Translations under genes and position numbers: made by a program
Shown: positions 26,508 to 35,257 of the stretch, one piece after another
Position numbering within the stretch: position 1 is the stretch's first letter
How the letters are laid out: the number at the start of each line of letters is the position of its first letter
Source: Phycisphaeraceae bacterium
GTDB lineage: Bacteria > Planctomycetota > Phycisphaerae > Phycisphaerales > Phycisphaeraceae
DNA: 38,808 nt
Assembly (NCBI GenBank): GCA_028281215.1
Contig: JANQKH010000508.1
Span: 1-38,808 of the forward strand
Reading direction: 5' to 3'
The notes under the pieces: generated by a model
The model's database searches: none
The model's input: the letters and a program-made list of their open reading frames with translations, nothing else
Told to the model about the DNA's origin: nothing

Positions 26508-28205
26508 TTACGGTTTCAACGTTGCCTTGTGAAACCGATAGTGACCGACCGGGTCAACTTCCACTCCGGTGATGCGCTTGCCTGTGGCGATTGCCTGTTG
26601 GGTATTGACCAAAGGCACGTGGCCGCAGATGTTTTTCTGCAAGTAACGCTCGATTTCGCGGTATGCGGTGACGCGCTCAGCCTGATCGGTCAGCGTTTGC
26701 GCTTTGACAATCATTTCGTGCAGCGTTGCATCAAACACGCGGCCGGCGTTGGGGTTGGAAGGCTTGCCTGTTTCGGGATCGCCACTGGCTAGCGGCATGT
26801 AAAAATTGTCGGGGTCGCCGTTGTCGCTCATCCAGCCGATCAACACGAGTTCATAGATATCCTGGCTGATCTTATTGAACAGTTCAGCGTTGGGAGTGCC
26901 AACGATTTCCACGTCCAGGCCGATGGCGTTGAGTTGCTGACGCAGCTTGTCAGCCACCTTGTCCGGCGTGGGCAGATAGGGGCGCGGGAGATTGGGGTAA
27001 TACAGTTTCAACTTTCGGCCGGCCGCGCCTGCTTCGGTGAGTTTCGTTTTCGCTGCGGCTTGCCTGGCAGGCAGGGATTGGTCCGTTCCCGCGGCGCGAA
27101 AGTCCGGGTCGTACTCCGCCATCGGCTGTGAGACCAAGCTGAAGGTTGGTCGCGCGGTGCCGTAATAAAGATTGCGCAGAGCGTTGCGATCAATTGCCAG
27201 GCGGGTCGCTTCGCGCAGCGGCAGTTCTTTTGTTTTGTCGTGCTTCACGTTGACGCCGAGGTAGCAAATATTCAACGCCCACCAGCGATGCACCATGATG
27301 TCCGGATTGGCTTCCAAGGCATCCCATACTGGGCGCGGCGGATCATCCAGTACGTCCACCTCGGCGGACTTGAGCGATTCGATTTGACTATTGGGGTCGG
27401 CGACCTGCCGAAACACCAGCCGTTTGATGGTCGGTGCGCCTTCCCAGTAATCCTCGAATGCCGCCAATCGCGTCATGGCTTCGGTGGGATTGAAACTGCT
27501 GAGCATGTAGGGTCCGGTGCCGGCCGCCCATTCGGAAATGAATAAGCTGCGTACGCCGCCGGCTTTGGCTTGATCCGCTTCCGCCACGGCATGGTCGCTC
27601 ACTTCGAGCAGTTTCGGACTGACGATGCTCGCACTGAACATGGACAGGTTCCGCAACGCGACCCGCGCGACCGGTGATTTCAAGTGAATCGTCAGTGTCA
27701 TGCCATCAGCTTCGATGCGTTCCACAAACTGGAACTCACCGCGGTACGGCGCGATCGGCACGTCGCCGGTGAAACCAATCAGTCGGTCCAGGCTCAACTT
27801 GGCGGCGGTGGCATCGAGCTGAGCACCATCGTGAAACTTCACGCCCGCGCGAATCTTCAGCTCAAGCGACATGCCATCGTCAGCAATCGTCCATGACTCA
27901 GCCAGTTCCGGGATTAGTTGGTTTGCGTCCGTTGGATGAATGCGTACGAGTGTCTGGTAGATCTGTTTGATCACCTTGACATCACCGCCGTTGGACGTGT
28001 TGTGTGGGTCGAGCGTGGTGGATTTGTCCGCGGTCGCAACCGTGACGTAGACGTCGTCGCTGCTGGAATTGACCGTCAGCCGAGGGTGGGCTTTTTTGTA
28101 CGCTTTGAGCGCGGCGGCGGCGGGACTGTCGTCATTGGCCGTGCCGCCTCCACCACAGCCAGCGAGCAGGCCGGCGAGCACAACGAGCGGGGCGATGCGA
28201 TGCAT
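26508..28205 (-). CDS. ABC transporter substrate-binding lipoprotein, family 5 (peptide/nickel/oligosaccharide)
   Basis: Lipobox LLAGCGG. Length and blocks (…ESWTIADDGMSLELKIRAGVKFHDG…, …GPYMLSSF…) are typical of family-5 SBPs. Confidence 0.9.
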   Translation of the reverse strand: MHRIAPLVVLAGLLAGCGGGGTANDDSPAAAALKAYKKAHPRLTVNSSSDDVYVTVATADKSTTLDPHNTSNGGDVKVIKQIYQTLVRIHPTDANQLIPELAESWTIADDGMSLELKIRAGVKFHDGAQLDATAAKLSLDRLIGFTGDVPIAPYRGEFQFVERIEADGMTLTIHLKSPVARVALRNLSMFSASIVSPKLLEVSDHAVAEADQAKAGGVRSLFISEWAAGTGPYMLSSFNPTEAMTRLAAFEDYWEGAPTIKRLVFRQVADPNSQIESLKSAEVDVLDDPPRPVWDALEANPDIMVHRWWALNICYLGVNVKHDKTKELPLREATRLAIDRNALRNLYYGTARPTFSLVSQPMAEYDPDFRAAGTDQSLPARQAAAKTKLTEAGAAGRKLKLYYPNLPRPYLPTPDKVADKLRQQLNAIGLDVEIVGTPNAELFNKISQDIYELVLIGWMSDNGDPDNFYMPLASGDPETGKPSNPNAGRVFDATLHEMIVKAQTLTDQAERVTAYREIERYLQKNICGHVPLVNTQQAIATGKRITGVEVDPVGHYRFHKATLKP

Positions 28206-28445
28206 GGGATCACCTGTGGTTCAGGGAGGTTGGGGTCAGATCAGGATACGCCAATCGTAGCCATTATCGGCCGCGTTTGGGACTTTCGGCCGCTGCTCCG
28301 GGCAGTTTCTTCATGAATGGACATCATGTCAGTCAACGGGCCAATGATCAAGGCGGGTTCCTTATTTTCCGATTGAACTACGGGTAATCGTCTTTCGTAA
28401 AGAGATGACGTTCGCGGACACCCCCAGGATCTGAGGAGCTCGGAC

Positions 28446-29453
28446 ATGTCCATTCGATCACTCGTCACCGGCGGCGCCGGTTTTATCGGAAGCCACGTCG
28501 TCGATTCACTGCTCGACATGGGCCATGAGGTCGTCGTGTTGGATGATCTGTCCGGCGGGTTTGTCGAAAACGTGAATCCCAAGGCGACGTTCATTGAAGG
28601 CTCCATTGTTGATCACGAACTGGTCAACCGCGTCTTTGACGAGCACAAGTTCACCTACGCCTACCATCTCGCCGCGTACGCGGCCGAGGGGCTTAGCCAT
28701 TTCATTCGCCGATTCAACTACACCAACAACGTGGTTGGCAGTATGAACATGATCGACGCCGCAGTGAATCATGAAGTCAAGTGCTTCGTGTTCACCAGCA
28801 GCATCGCGGTGTACGGCCCCGGTCAGACACCGATGATCGAATCGATGAAGCCGGAGCCGGAAGATCCCTACGGCATTGCGAAATACTCGGTCGAACTCGA
28901 TCTCGACGCCGCCCGCCGCATGTTTGGTCTGGACTCGATTATCTTCCGCCCGCACAATGTGTACGGCGAACGCCAGAACTCGTCGGACAAATATCGCAAC
29001 GTAATCGGCATCTTTATGAACCAGATCATGCAGGGCAAACCATGCACGGTGTTCGGCGACGGTGAACAGACCCGAGCGTTTACCCACATTGCCGACATCG
29101 CACCCGGCATCGCCCGTTGCGTGGATGTGCCTGAGGCTTACAACGAAACATTCAATATCGGCGCCGACAAGCCCTACACGGTGAACGAACTTGCCACTAT
29201 CGTGCAAAAGCACATGGGCGCCGACACCGGTATAGAACACCTTGATGCCCGCAAGGAAGTGGTGGATGCGTATTCCGATCACTCGAAGGCAGAGAAGCTT
29301 TTGGGTGTGAAACCGACAATTGAACTCGACGAAGGCATCGGCCGCATGGTCGATTGGGTCAAAGAAGTCGGCCCGCGCGCGTCGAAGGAATTTGAAGGCA
29401 TTGAAATCGAAAAGAACCTGCCGCCGAGTTGGCGGACGGTGGTGACTGCGTGA
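28446..29453 (+). CDS. NAD-dependent nucleotide-sugar epimerase/dehydratase (extended SDR)
   Basis: GAGGAG precedes the ATG. Rossmann motif VTGGAGFIGSH, catalytic S…YGIAKYS (YxxxK). Specificity cannot be read from the sequence. Confidence 0.9.
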   Translation: MSIRSLVTGGAGFIGSHVVDSLLDMGHEVVVLDDLSGGFVENVNPKATFIEGSIVDHELVNRVFDEHKFTYAYHLAAYAAEGLSHFIRRFNYTNNVVGSMNMIDAAVNHEVKCFVFTSSIAVYGPGQTPMIESMKPEPEDPYGIAKYSVELDLDAARRMFGLDSIIFRPHNVYGERQNSSDKYRNVIGIFMNQIMQGKPCTVFGDGEQTRAFTHIADIAPGIARCVDVPEAYNETFNIGADKPYTVNELATIVQKHMGADTGIEHLDARKEVVDAYSDHSKAEKLLGVKPTIELDEGIGRMVDWVKEVGPRASKEFEGIEIEKNLPPSWRTVVTA

Positions 29454-29495
29454 ACATCGGGTTTGATTGCACACTGACCGAACCGACCGGACCGA

Positions 29496-30341
29496 TTGGA
29501 GAGCCGACCGTTGTACGAAGGATTCAAAGTTTCCGTGGTGATGCCCGCCTACAACGAGGAGGAGTTCATCGGCAGCGCGGTGTCCGGCTTTAAGGAAATC
29601 GACGCCGTCGATGAAGTGGTGGTGGTCGACAACAACTCAAAAGACCGCACAGCTGAAATCGCCGAAGCCGAAGGCGCGGTTGTTGTCACCGAATCCAAGC
29701 AGGGTTATGGTCACGCGAGCAAGACGGCGCTGATGTCGGCGACGGGTGATCTGGTTTTCATCGTGGAGCCGGACGGCACGTTCAGGCCTCGCGACATCTT
29801 CAAGTTCCTTCCCTACGCCAACGAATTCGACGCCGTGATCGGCACGCGCACCGCCAAGAGTTGCATCTGGGCAGGCGCCAACATGGGTTGGTTTCTCCGA
29901 TACGGCAACGTCGCCGTCGCGAAACTGCTCGAATATCTGCACAACGGCCCTTGTTTCACCGATGTCGGCTGCACGTTCAAAATGATCAAACGCAAAGCCC
30001 TCGATCAGGTCGAAGACCAACTGACCGTGGGTGGTTCGCACTTCTCGCCGCAACTGATGACTGTCCTCGTGCGCAGCGGCTTCCGTTGCATCGAAATTCC
30101 CGTGCATTACCGCGGCCGACTCGGCGAATCCAAAATCACCGGCACATTCTGGAAAGCATGGAAACTCGGGTGGAAAATGATCTTCATGATCATCGGCTAC
30201 CGCTTCCGCAGGTTCGAGATCAAGCAAACCACCGTGTCGGAAGACGTGTTGGTCGAAATCGGCGAGCATCATCCCAAACCGGCGGACGCCGAACCGCAGG
30301 ATGAAACCCTTTCGACGCCCCAGGCTTCGGCGAACGGCTGA
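29496..30341 (+). CDS. family 2 glycosyltransferase (polyprenyl-phosphate sugar synthase-like)
   Basis: TTG start at 29496, or TTG 29511, which has GGAGAG 7 nt upstream. VSVVMPAYNEEE, VVVVDNNSKD, IVEPDG. One hydrophobic or amphipathic segment near the C-terminus (WKLGWKMIFMIIGY). Confidence 0.85.
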   Translation: MESRPLYEGFKVSVVMPAYNEEEFIGSAVSGFKEIDAVDEVVVVDNNSKDRTAEIAEAEGAVVVTESKQGYGHASKTALMSATGDLVFIVEPDGTFRPRDIFKFLPYANEFDAVIGTRTAKSCIWAGANMGWFLRYGNVAVAKLLEYLHNGPCFTDVGCTFKMIKRKALDQVEDQLTVGGSHFSPQLMTVLVRSGFRCIEIPVHYRGRLGESKITGTFWKAWKLGWKMIFMIIGYRFRRFEIKQTTVSEDVLVEIGEHHPKPADAEPQDETLSTPQASANG

Positions 30342-30407
30342 CCTTGATTCAACCATTCGAGCATGCAGAAACCACCGCGCGATCGGTTTGACCGGTAGAA
30401 TGCCCCG

Positions 30408-31466
30408 ATGCCCGTTGTCTCGGCGACCGATCTTTGCAAGCACTATCACGTGGCGGAAAAGCAGCCCGGCTTTCTCGCGACGATGAAACATTTCATTCGA
30501 CGAAAATACAAAACCGTTGAAGCCGTCAAAGGTGTTAACTTCGAGATCGAGCAGGGCGAGTTCGTCGGCTTCCTCGGCCCCAACGGTGCGGGAAAGACCA
30601 CCGTTCTCAAAATGCTCACCGGGTTGATTCATCCCACATCGGGGGAATCAACGGTTGCCGGCCACACACCTTTTCGACGCGAGGCGGTCTTCCTTAAGCA
30701 GATCACGCTCGTGATGGGGCAGAAGCAACAACTGATCTGGGATCTGCCCGCGATGGATTCGTTGCGCGTCAACGCCGCCGTGTACGACATTCCTGATCCC
30801 GTCTTCGAGCAGCGCATTGGTGAACTGGCGGAGATGTTGTCGCTGTCCGAGGAACTGAACAAACCCGTGCGCAAATTGTCGTTGGGCGAACGCATGAAGG
30901 CGGAATTGATGGCGGCGCTGCTCCATCAGCCGCAGGTCTTGTTTTTGGATGAACCGACGCTGGGGCTGGACGTCAACGCCCAGTCGGCGGTGCGGGAGTT
31001 CCTGCGGCAATACAACGAGCGCCACCGCGCGACCGTCATTCTCACCAGCCACTACATGGCCGACATCACCGCGCTGTGCAACCGCGTTATGCTGATTCAC
31101 AAAGGCGACCTGATGTACGACGGCAGCCTTGATGGCCTCGTCGAACGGTTTGCGCCGTTCCGGCAGGTCAGTGTTGAATTGAATCATCCGCATGACGAGG
31201 TCCAACTTGAACAGTACGGCGAACTGGAATCAGTCGAAGGCAATGTGGCAAACTTTCTGGTCAAGCGTGAACAATTGACACAAACAGTGGACCGATTGCT
31301 TGCTGATTTCGATGTACTGGACATGTCGGTTGCAGAGCCGCCGATCGAGCAGATTGTCGGGCGGCTGTTCAAACAGGGCGATGTGTCCAACGGGGGCGAT
31401 TCGGCATCGGACGGCACGCCGGAGGCCGCTGCGCCGGAGCCGGCAGCCGAAGAGGTGCGCCCATGA
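30408..31466 (+). CDS. ABC transporter ATP-binding protein of the uncharacterised ABC-2 class (COG4586-like)
   Basis: Walker A GPNGAGKTT, signature LSLGERMK, Walker B VLFLDEPTLGLD, H-loop LTSHY. About 110 aa of extra C-terminal domain plus an Ala/Pro/Glu tail. Confidence 0.9.
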   Translation: MPVVSATDLCKHYHVAEKQPGFLATMKHFIRRKYKTVEAVKGVNFEIEQGEFVGFLGPNGAGKTTVLKMLTGLIHPTSGESTVAGHTPFRREAVFLKQITLVMGQKQQLIWDLPAMDSLRVNAAVYDIPDPVFEQRIGELAEMLSLSEELNKPVRKLSLGERMKAELMAALLHQPQVLFLDEPTLGLDVNAQSAVREFLRQYNERHRATVILTSHYMADITALCNRVMLIHKGDLMYDGSLDGLVERFAPFRQVSVELNHPHDEVQLEQYGELESVEGNVANFLVKREQLTQTVDRLLADFDVLDMSVAEPPIEQIVGRLFKQGDVSNGGDSASDGTPEAAAPEPAAEEVRP

Positions 31467-32257
31467 AGGCGGTGCTGCGCAAAGCCGGCGTGTTGCTTTC
31501 GGTCAGCCATGCCCAGATGGTGGAATTTCGCTCGGAGATTCTGCTCTGGATGCTCGCCAGCAGTTTTCCGTTCATCATGATGTCGGTCTGGGTGAAGGCG
31601 GGCGAATCGGGTTCGTACGCGTTCAGCGCGGCTGAGTTTGCGCAATACTTCATCGCAGTGTTTATCGTCCGGCAATTGACCATCGTCTGGGTGATTCATG
31701 AGTTTGAATATCAAGTGGTGGAAGGGAAACTGTCGCCGTTGTTGCTGCAACCGATTGATCCTGTCTGGCGACACGTCGCCCGGCACGTGATGGAGCGCGT
31801 CACCCGCGCGCCGTTCCTGTTGGTCATTCTGATCACCTTCTTCTTTCTGTATGAACAGGCGCGATGGAAGCCGAGTGTTGAAGGAATCACACTTGCGGCG
31901 TTCGGCATTCTTGTGGCCTTCGCGTTGCGGTTTGCCATGCAATACACCTTCGCGTTGTTGGCGTTCTGGACGGAACGGGCGACGAGCATTGAACATCTTT
32001 GGTTCCTCGTGTACGTCGCGTTGTCCGGCATGCTTGGGCCATTGGATTTGTTTCCCGAATGGGCACGGCAGATCGCCAATTGTTCGCCGTTTCCCTATCT
32101 GATTTACTACCCGGCGATGGTCATGCGCGGTGAAACGTTGGACGTCAGCCTGGGCATGATCTTCGCCGTACCGCTGGCGTGGCTGGTTGGTTTCTTAATC
32201 CTCAATCGCGTCGTGTGGCGGATCGCATTGAAACGTTATTCAGCGATGGGGGCGTGA
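31463..32257 (+). CDS. ABC-2 family permease (COG4587-like)
   Basis: ATGA overlap with the ATPase stop (31463-31466). Polytopic hydrophobic protein of 264 aa. Confidence 0.8.
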   Translation: MKAVLRKAGVLLSVSHAQMVEFRSEILLWMLASSFPFIMMSVWVKAGESGSYAFSAAEFAQYFIAVFIVRQLTIVWVIHEFEYQVVEGKLSPLLLQPIDPVWRHVARHVMERVTRAPFLLVILITFFFLYEQARWKPSVEGITLAAFGILVAFALRFAMQYTFALLAFWTERATSIEHLWFLVYVALSGMLGPLDLFPEWARQIANCSPFPYLIYYPAMVMRGETLDVSLGMIFAVPLAWLVGFLILNRVVWRIALKRYSAMGA

Positions 32258-32307
32258 ATGCAGATGAAAGATGAAACAACTGCAGTGCAACATGACGAAC
32301 TGATGGC

Positions 32308-33093
32308 ATGACCCGTTACCTGAAAACATTACGCCTCTTCTGGACCACCGCTGTGGCCGCGGAGATGGAATACCGCGTGAACTTCGTGCTCTCGGCGTGC
32401 AACGCGATCGGCGCCGCAGCCGTCGGGCTTTTCGGCCTTGAACTGCTCTACAGCCACAACGAAAACGCGCTTGGCGGGTGGTCGTGGGAACAGGCGCTGA
32501 CTGTGCTTGGCCTCTTTGAAATCCTGCGCGGCATGACCACGTCGTTTCTCGATCCCAACCTCACACGCATCGTGCGCTACGTGTACGAAGGCACGCTCGA
32601 CTTCATTCTGCTCAAGCCGATTGACAGTCAGTTCTGGCTGTCCATGCGAAATGTTTCGCCGTGGGGTGTGCCGGATATGTTGATCGGGCTGGGCATTCTC
32701 ATTTTCGCCGGCGTACGGATGGACGTGCCGGCGGGGATGTACATAGTTGGTCTGATTCCCGTCGCGCTGGCAATGCTCGTGCTCTACAGCCTGTGGTTTG
32801 TCTTCGCCAGTCTCAGTATCTGGTACGTCAAAATCTGGAACGCGACCGAAGTGCTGCGCGGGTTGCTTGAAGCCGGGCGTTACCCACGTGCCGCGTTCCC
32901 CGGCCTCGTGCAAATCTTTTTCACCTTCATCGTGCCCGTCGCGTTCATGACCACGGTGCCTGCCCAGGTGCTCATGCAAGAAGCGACCGTGACCTGGATG
33001 CTCGCCGAAGCTGCCATCGCGATCGGCCTGTTTCTGTTTTCGCGCGTCTTCTGGCGCTTCGCCCTTCGCTACTACACCAGCGCATCGAGCTGA
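32308..33093 (+). CDS. ABC-2 family permease (COG3694-like), paralogous partner of the previous gene
   Basis: Polytopic hydrophobic protein of 261 aa, 50 nt downstream on the same strand. Confidence 0.8.
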   Translation: MTRYLKTLRLFWTTAVAAEMEYRVNFVLSACNAIGAAAVGLFGLELLYSHNENALGGWSWEQALTVLGLFEILRGMTTSFLDPNLTRIVRYVYEGTLDFILLKPIDSQFWLSMRNVSPWGVPDMLIGLGILIFAGVRMDVPAGMYIVGLIPVALAMLVLYSLWFVFASLSIWYVKIWNATEVLRGLLEAGRYPRAAFPGLVQIFFTFIVPVAFMTTVPAQVLMQEATVTWMLAEAAIAIGLFLFSRVFWRFALRYYTSASS

Positions 33094-33159
33094 ATCTGTT
33101 CTGACGATGTGAATGAATTGATTGGCATCCATCCCGATTCTCTTCCTGATCGTCTGCTC

Positions 33160-33747
33160 TCAACTTAGCCGCGTCGCTTGCGACGTGCTGTGCATCTTCT
33201 CCATTGTTGTCCCGCACTCCGGACACGCTCCTGCGCTGCCCTGCAGGTCATACCCACACCGCGTGCACCAACCGCGTTCGAGACGAATCCGAATCAAGCG
33301 CCGCCGCATCGATGCGCGAACCCAAAGCAACGGCAACACCGAGAAGAACAACACGGCAAACCAAAGCGGCACACGAATCAAGATCAACTCATTTACCCAG
33401 GGCATCGGTGTAGGGCCGTTTGGTTTTTTCTCCGGTTGACGGTAGTAGTCAAACCCGGCGAAGTGCGTCTCCCGGGTCGCGAGTGACAAATCCCATTCGA
33501 CGTCCATGCCGTAGTTCCTACCTGGGTTCCATTCCCAAAATGGAACGTCGTCAATGCTCGATTCATAGACGACATACCCCAATTCCAACTTGCCTGACGA
33601 ATGCCCGATCACGTACTCCCGGTCGGCATGAATTCGCCAAAGGATGTCGCAGGCGCCGAACGCCGAGCGAATCCACGCCAGGCAGCACGTCAGCATCAAC
33701 AGCAGCGACAATCCCGCGACAAGATGAAAGAGCCAGCGAAGCAGCAT
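33160..33747 (-). CDS. membrane protein with C-terminal zinc-ribbon (CxxC…CxxC)
   Basis: N-terminal TM (LFHLVAGLSLLLMLTCCLAWI), second TM (LILIRVPLWFAVLFFSVLPLLWV), then RRRLIRIRLERGWCTRCGYDLQGSAGACPECG. Confidence 0.6.
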   Translation of the reverse strand: MLLRWLFHLVAGLSLLLMLTCCLAWIRSAFGACDILWRIHADREYVIGHSSGKLELGYVVYESSIDDVPFWEWNPGRNYGMDVEWDLSLATRETHFAGFDYYRQPEKKPNGPTPMPWVNELILIRVPLWFAVLFFSVLPLLWVRASMRRRLIRIRLERGWCTRCGYDLQGSAGACPECGTTMEKMHSTSQATRLS

Positions 33748-33799
33748 GATGATTTGGACGTACTTCCTTATGGTTAGTTCACGACACCGCGACTGACAT

Positions 33800-34369
33800 T
33801 TATTTCATGCCCAATTTCTTTCCCTTTGCCAGCAGAGCCATCGCCTCTTTTGCACGTTTGTCGCGCGTGGGTTGCCGTTTGGCGGTGGCGATCCAGCCGA
33901 TGAACTGCAAGCGGTAACTTGGCGCCAGGGACTCAAAGAATGTGCGGGCCTTGGTGTTGCCGGCAAGCAGGGTGGCCAACTCCGCCGGCACTTCGTCGGG
34001 GATCATCGGCCGCGCATCAGCTTCCCATTGCCCCGACGCCTTCGCCGCCTCGATTTTGGCCAGCCCCGCTTGGGTCATCTTCTTCGCCTTGATCATCTTC
34101 GCCACGCGTTGCCGATTCAATGCTGACCAGTTGCTGCCATCCCTGCGCGGTGTGAACTTCCGGCAATACTTCTCGTCGTCGATCGTCTTGATGATGCTGT
34201 CAATCCAACCAAAACACAGCGCCTCCTCGACCGCATCGTCGTATGCCAGCGTCGGCTTGCCGGAATCTTTCTTGTAGAACACGAGCCATATGCCGTCGGC
34301 GACCTTTGCATGGTTTTTCGACAACCATTGCCGCCAGCCGCTTCGCGTTGTGATGCAGACTTGTTTCAT
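33800..34369 (-). CDS. YdeI/OmpD-associated family protein
   Basis: WRQWLSKNH…GIWLVFYKK…EEALCFGWIDS…RKFTPRR..SNWS..N is the characteristic YdeI pattern. Confidence 0.8.
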   Translation of the reverse strand: MKQVCITTRSGWRQWLSKNHAKVADGIWLVFYKKDSGKPTLAYDDAVEEALCFGWIDSIIKTIDDEKYCRKFTPRRDGSNWSALNRQRVAKMIKAKKMTQAGLAKIEAAKASGQWEADARPMIPDEVPAELATLLAGNTKARTFFESLAPSYRLQFIGWIATAKRQPTRDKRAKEAMALLAKGKKLGMK

Positions 34370-34451
34370 GGTGAAAGAAAACTCTGGTCCAATCTAACCA
34401 TGCATCCTAGGTTGTAAGGTGAATACAGGTCCGAAACGGACCAACCGACCC

Positions 34452-34910
34452 ATGACCATCGAAAACCACATCACGATTGCAGCGCCGATTGCCAAGGTCT
34501 GGGCGGTTACCGAAGACATCGAGCGCTGGCCCAACTGGACGCCGACGATCGAAAAGGTTACGCGACTCGACGATGGGTTTTTCGGTGCGGGTAGTTCGGC
34601 ACGCATCAAACAGCCCGGTTTGCCGGAAGCAATTTGGGGTGTGACCGCCGTCGACGCCGGCCAATCGTTCACATGGGAGACTCGTGTCCGTGGCATGCGC
34701 ATGATCGCCACGCACGAATTGACACCCACTGATATGGGCACGCAATGCACGCTTCGGTTGACACTCAAAGGCCTGGTTGCCTTCCTACTTTGGCCGATGA
34801 TCCGGTCAAAACTAGTCCAGGCGCTCCAGCAGGAAAACGACGGCCTAAAAGTCGTGTGTGAATCTACTGTCCAATCCCACGATACAGATCGCGCCCGGGT
34901 GCCGGGTTGA
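34452..34910 (+). CDS. SRPBCC (START/polyketide cyclase-like) family protein
   Basis: ORF 34419 (GTG) trimmed to ATG 34452 (MTIENHITIAAPIAKVWAVTEDIERWPNW…), the typical SRPBCC opening. About 152 aa. Confidence 0.8.
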   Translation: MTIENHITIAAPIAKVWAVTEDIERWPNWTPTIEKVTRLDDGFFGAGSSARIKQPGLPEAIWGVTAVDAGQSFTWETRVRGMRMIATHELTPTDMGTQCTLRLTLKGLVAFLLWPMIRSKLVQALQQENDGLKVVCESTVQSHDTDRARVPG

Positions 34911-35043
34911 TCCGAGCACGGCGGGATCGGGTCAAACCGATCCGGATCAGGCTGATTGCTCAGAATGTTCTGAGTGAAGGAGACATCGATTCGATACCGT
35001 TTCCATGCGCGGCCAGTGTATAGTTCATTTTCCATCAGGTGCC

Positions 35044-35094
35044 GATTTGAGGGCTCGCGATTTAACGATAAGCCTTGATTTACAAGTGATTTAC
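35044..35094 (+). promoter_or_regulatory. cluster of four GATTTNN motifs, including a GATTTAC-N4-GATTTAC direct repeat
   Basis: GATTTGA 35044, GATTTAA 35059, GATTTAC 35077 and GATTTAC 35088. The last two are 11 bp apart, one helical turn. The cluster lies 164-214 nt upstream of the DUF1501 ATG. Confidence 0.25.
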
Positions 35095-35257
35095 GCTGCG
35101 GCGACGGCAAGGTGAAAATCCGGTGCCGTTCACGGTGAGTGCTCGCTTGAATCGCCCGACAGGGTGGGGCGGCCTTATACTGGGGTCGTTCATGGTCGCG
35201 CTTGGATTCAGTCGATCGTGAATGTATCGAACATGCAGTGAGTAGCGGAGTTGATTC

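Noticed and set aside
35104-35129. GGTGAAAATCC inside a hairpin, reminiscent of the core of cobalamin riboswitches
   Set aside because: The flanking conserved elements are missing: GGGAA before it, CCCGCCACUGU-like after it, and the B12 box AGCCAGGAGACCUGCC. The downstream gene (DUF1501) has no known B12 link. The same reasoning rejects GGGAATCAGGGTAAATCC at 16961-16978.
34911-35257. Possibility that the long gap hides a decayed DUF1549/1553 partner gene (pseudogene) of the orphan DUF1501
   Set aside because: Translating the plus-strand frames by eye gave frequent stops. Nothing resembled the conserved DUF1553 C-terminus (…LLN..EFLF) or other family blocks.
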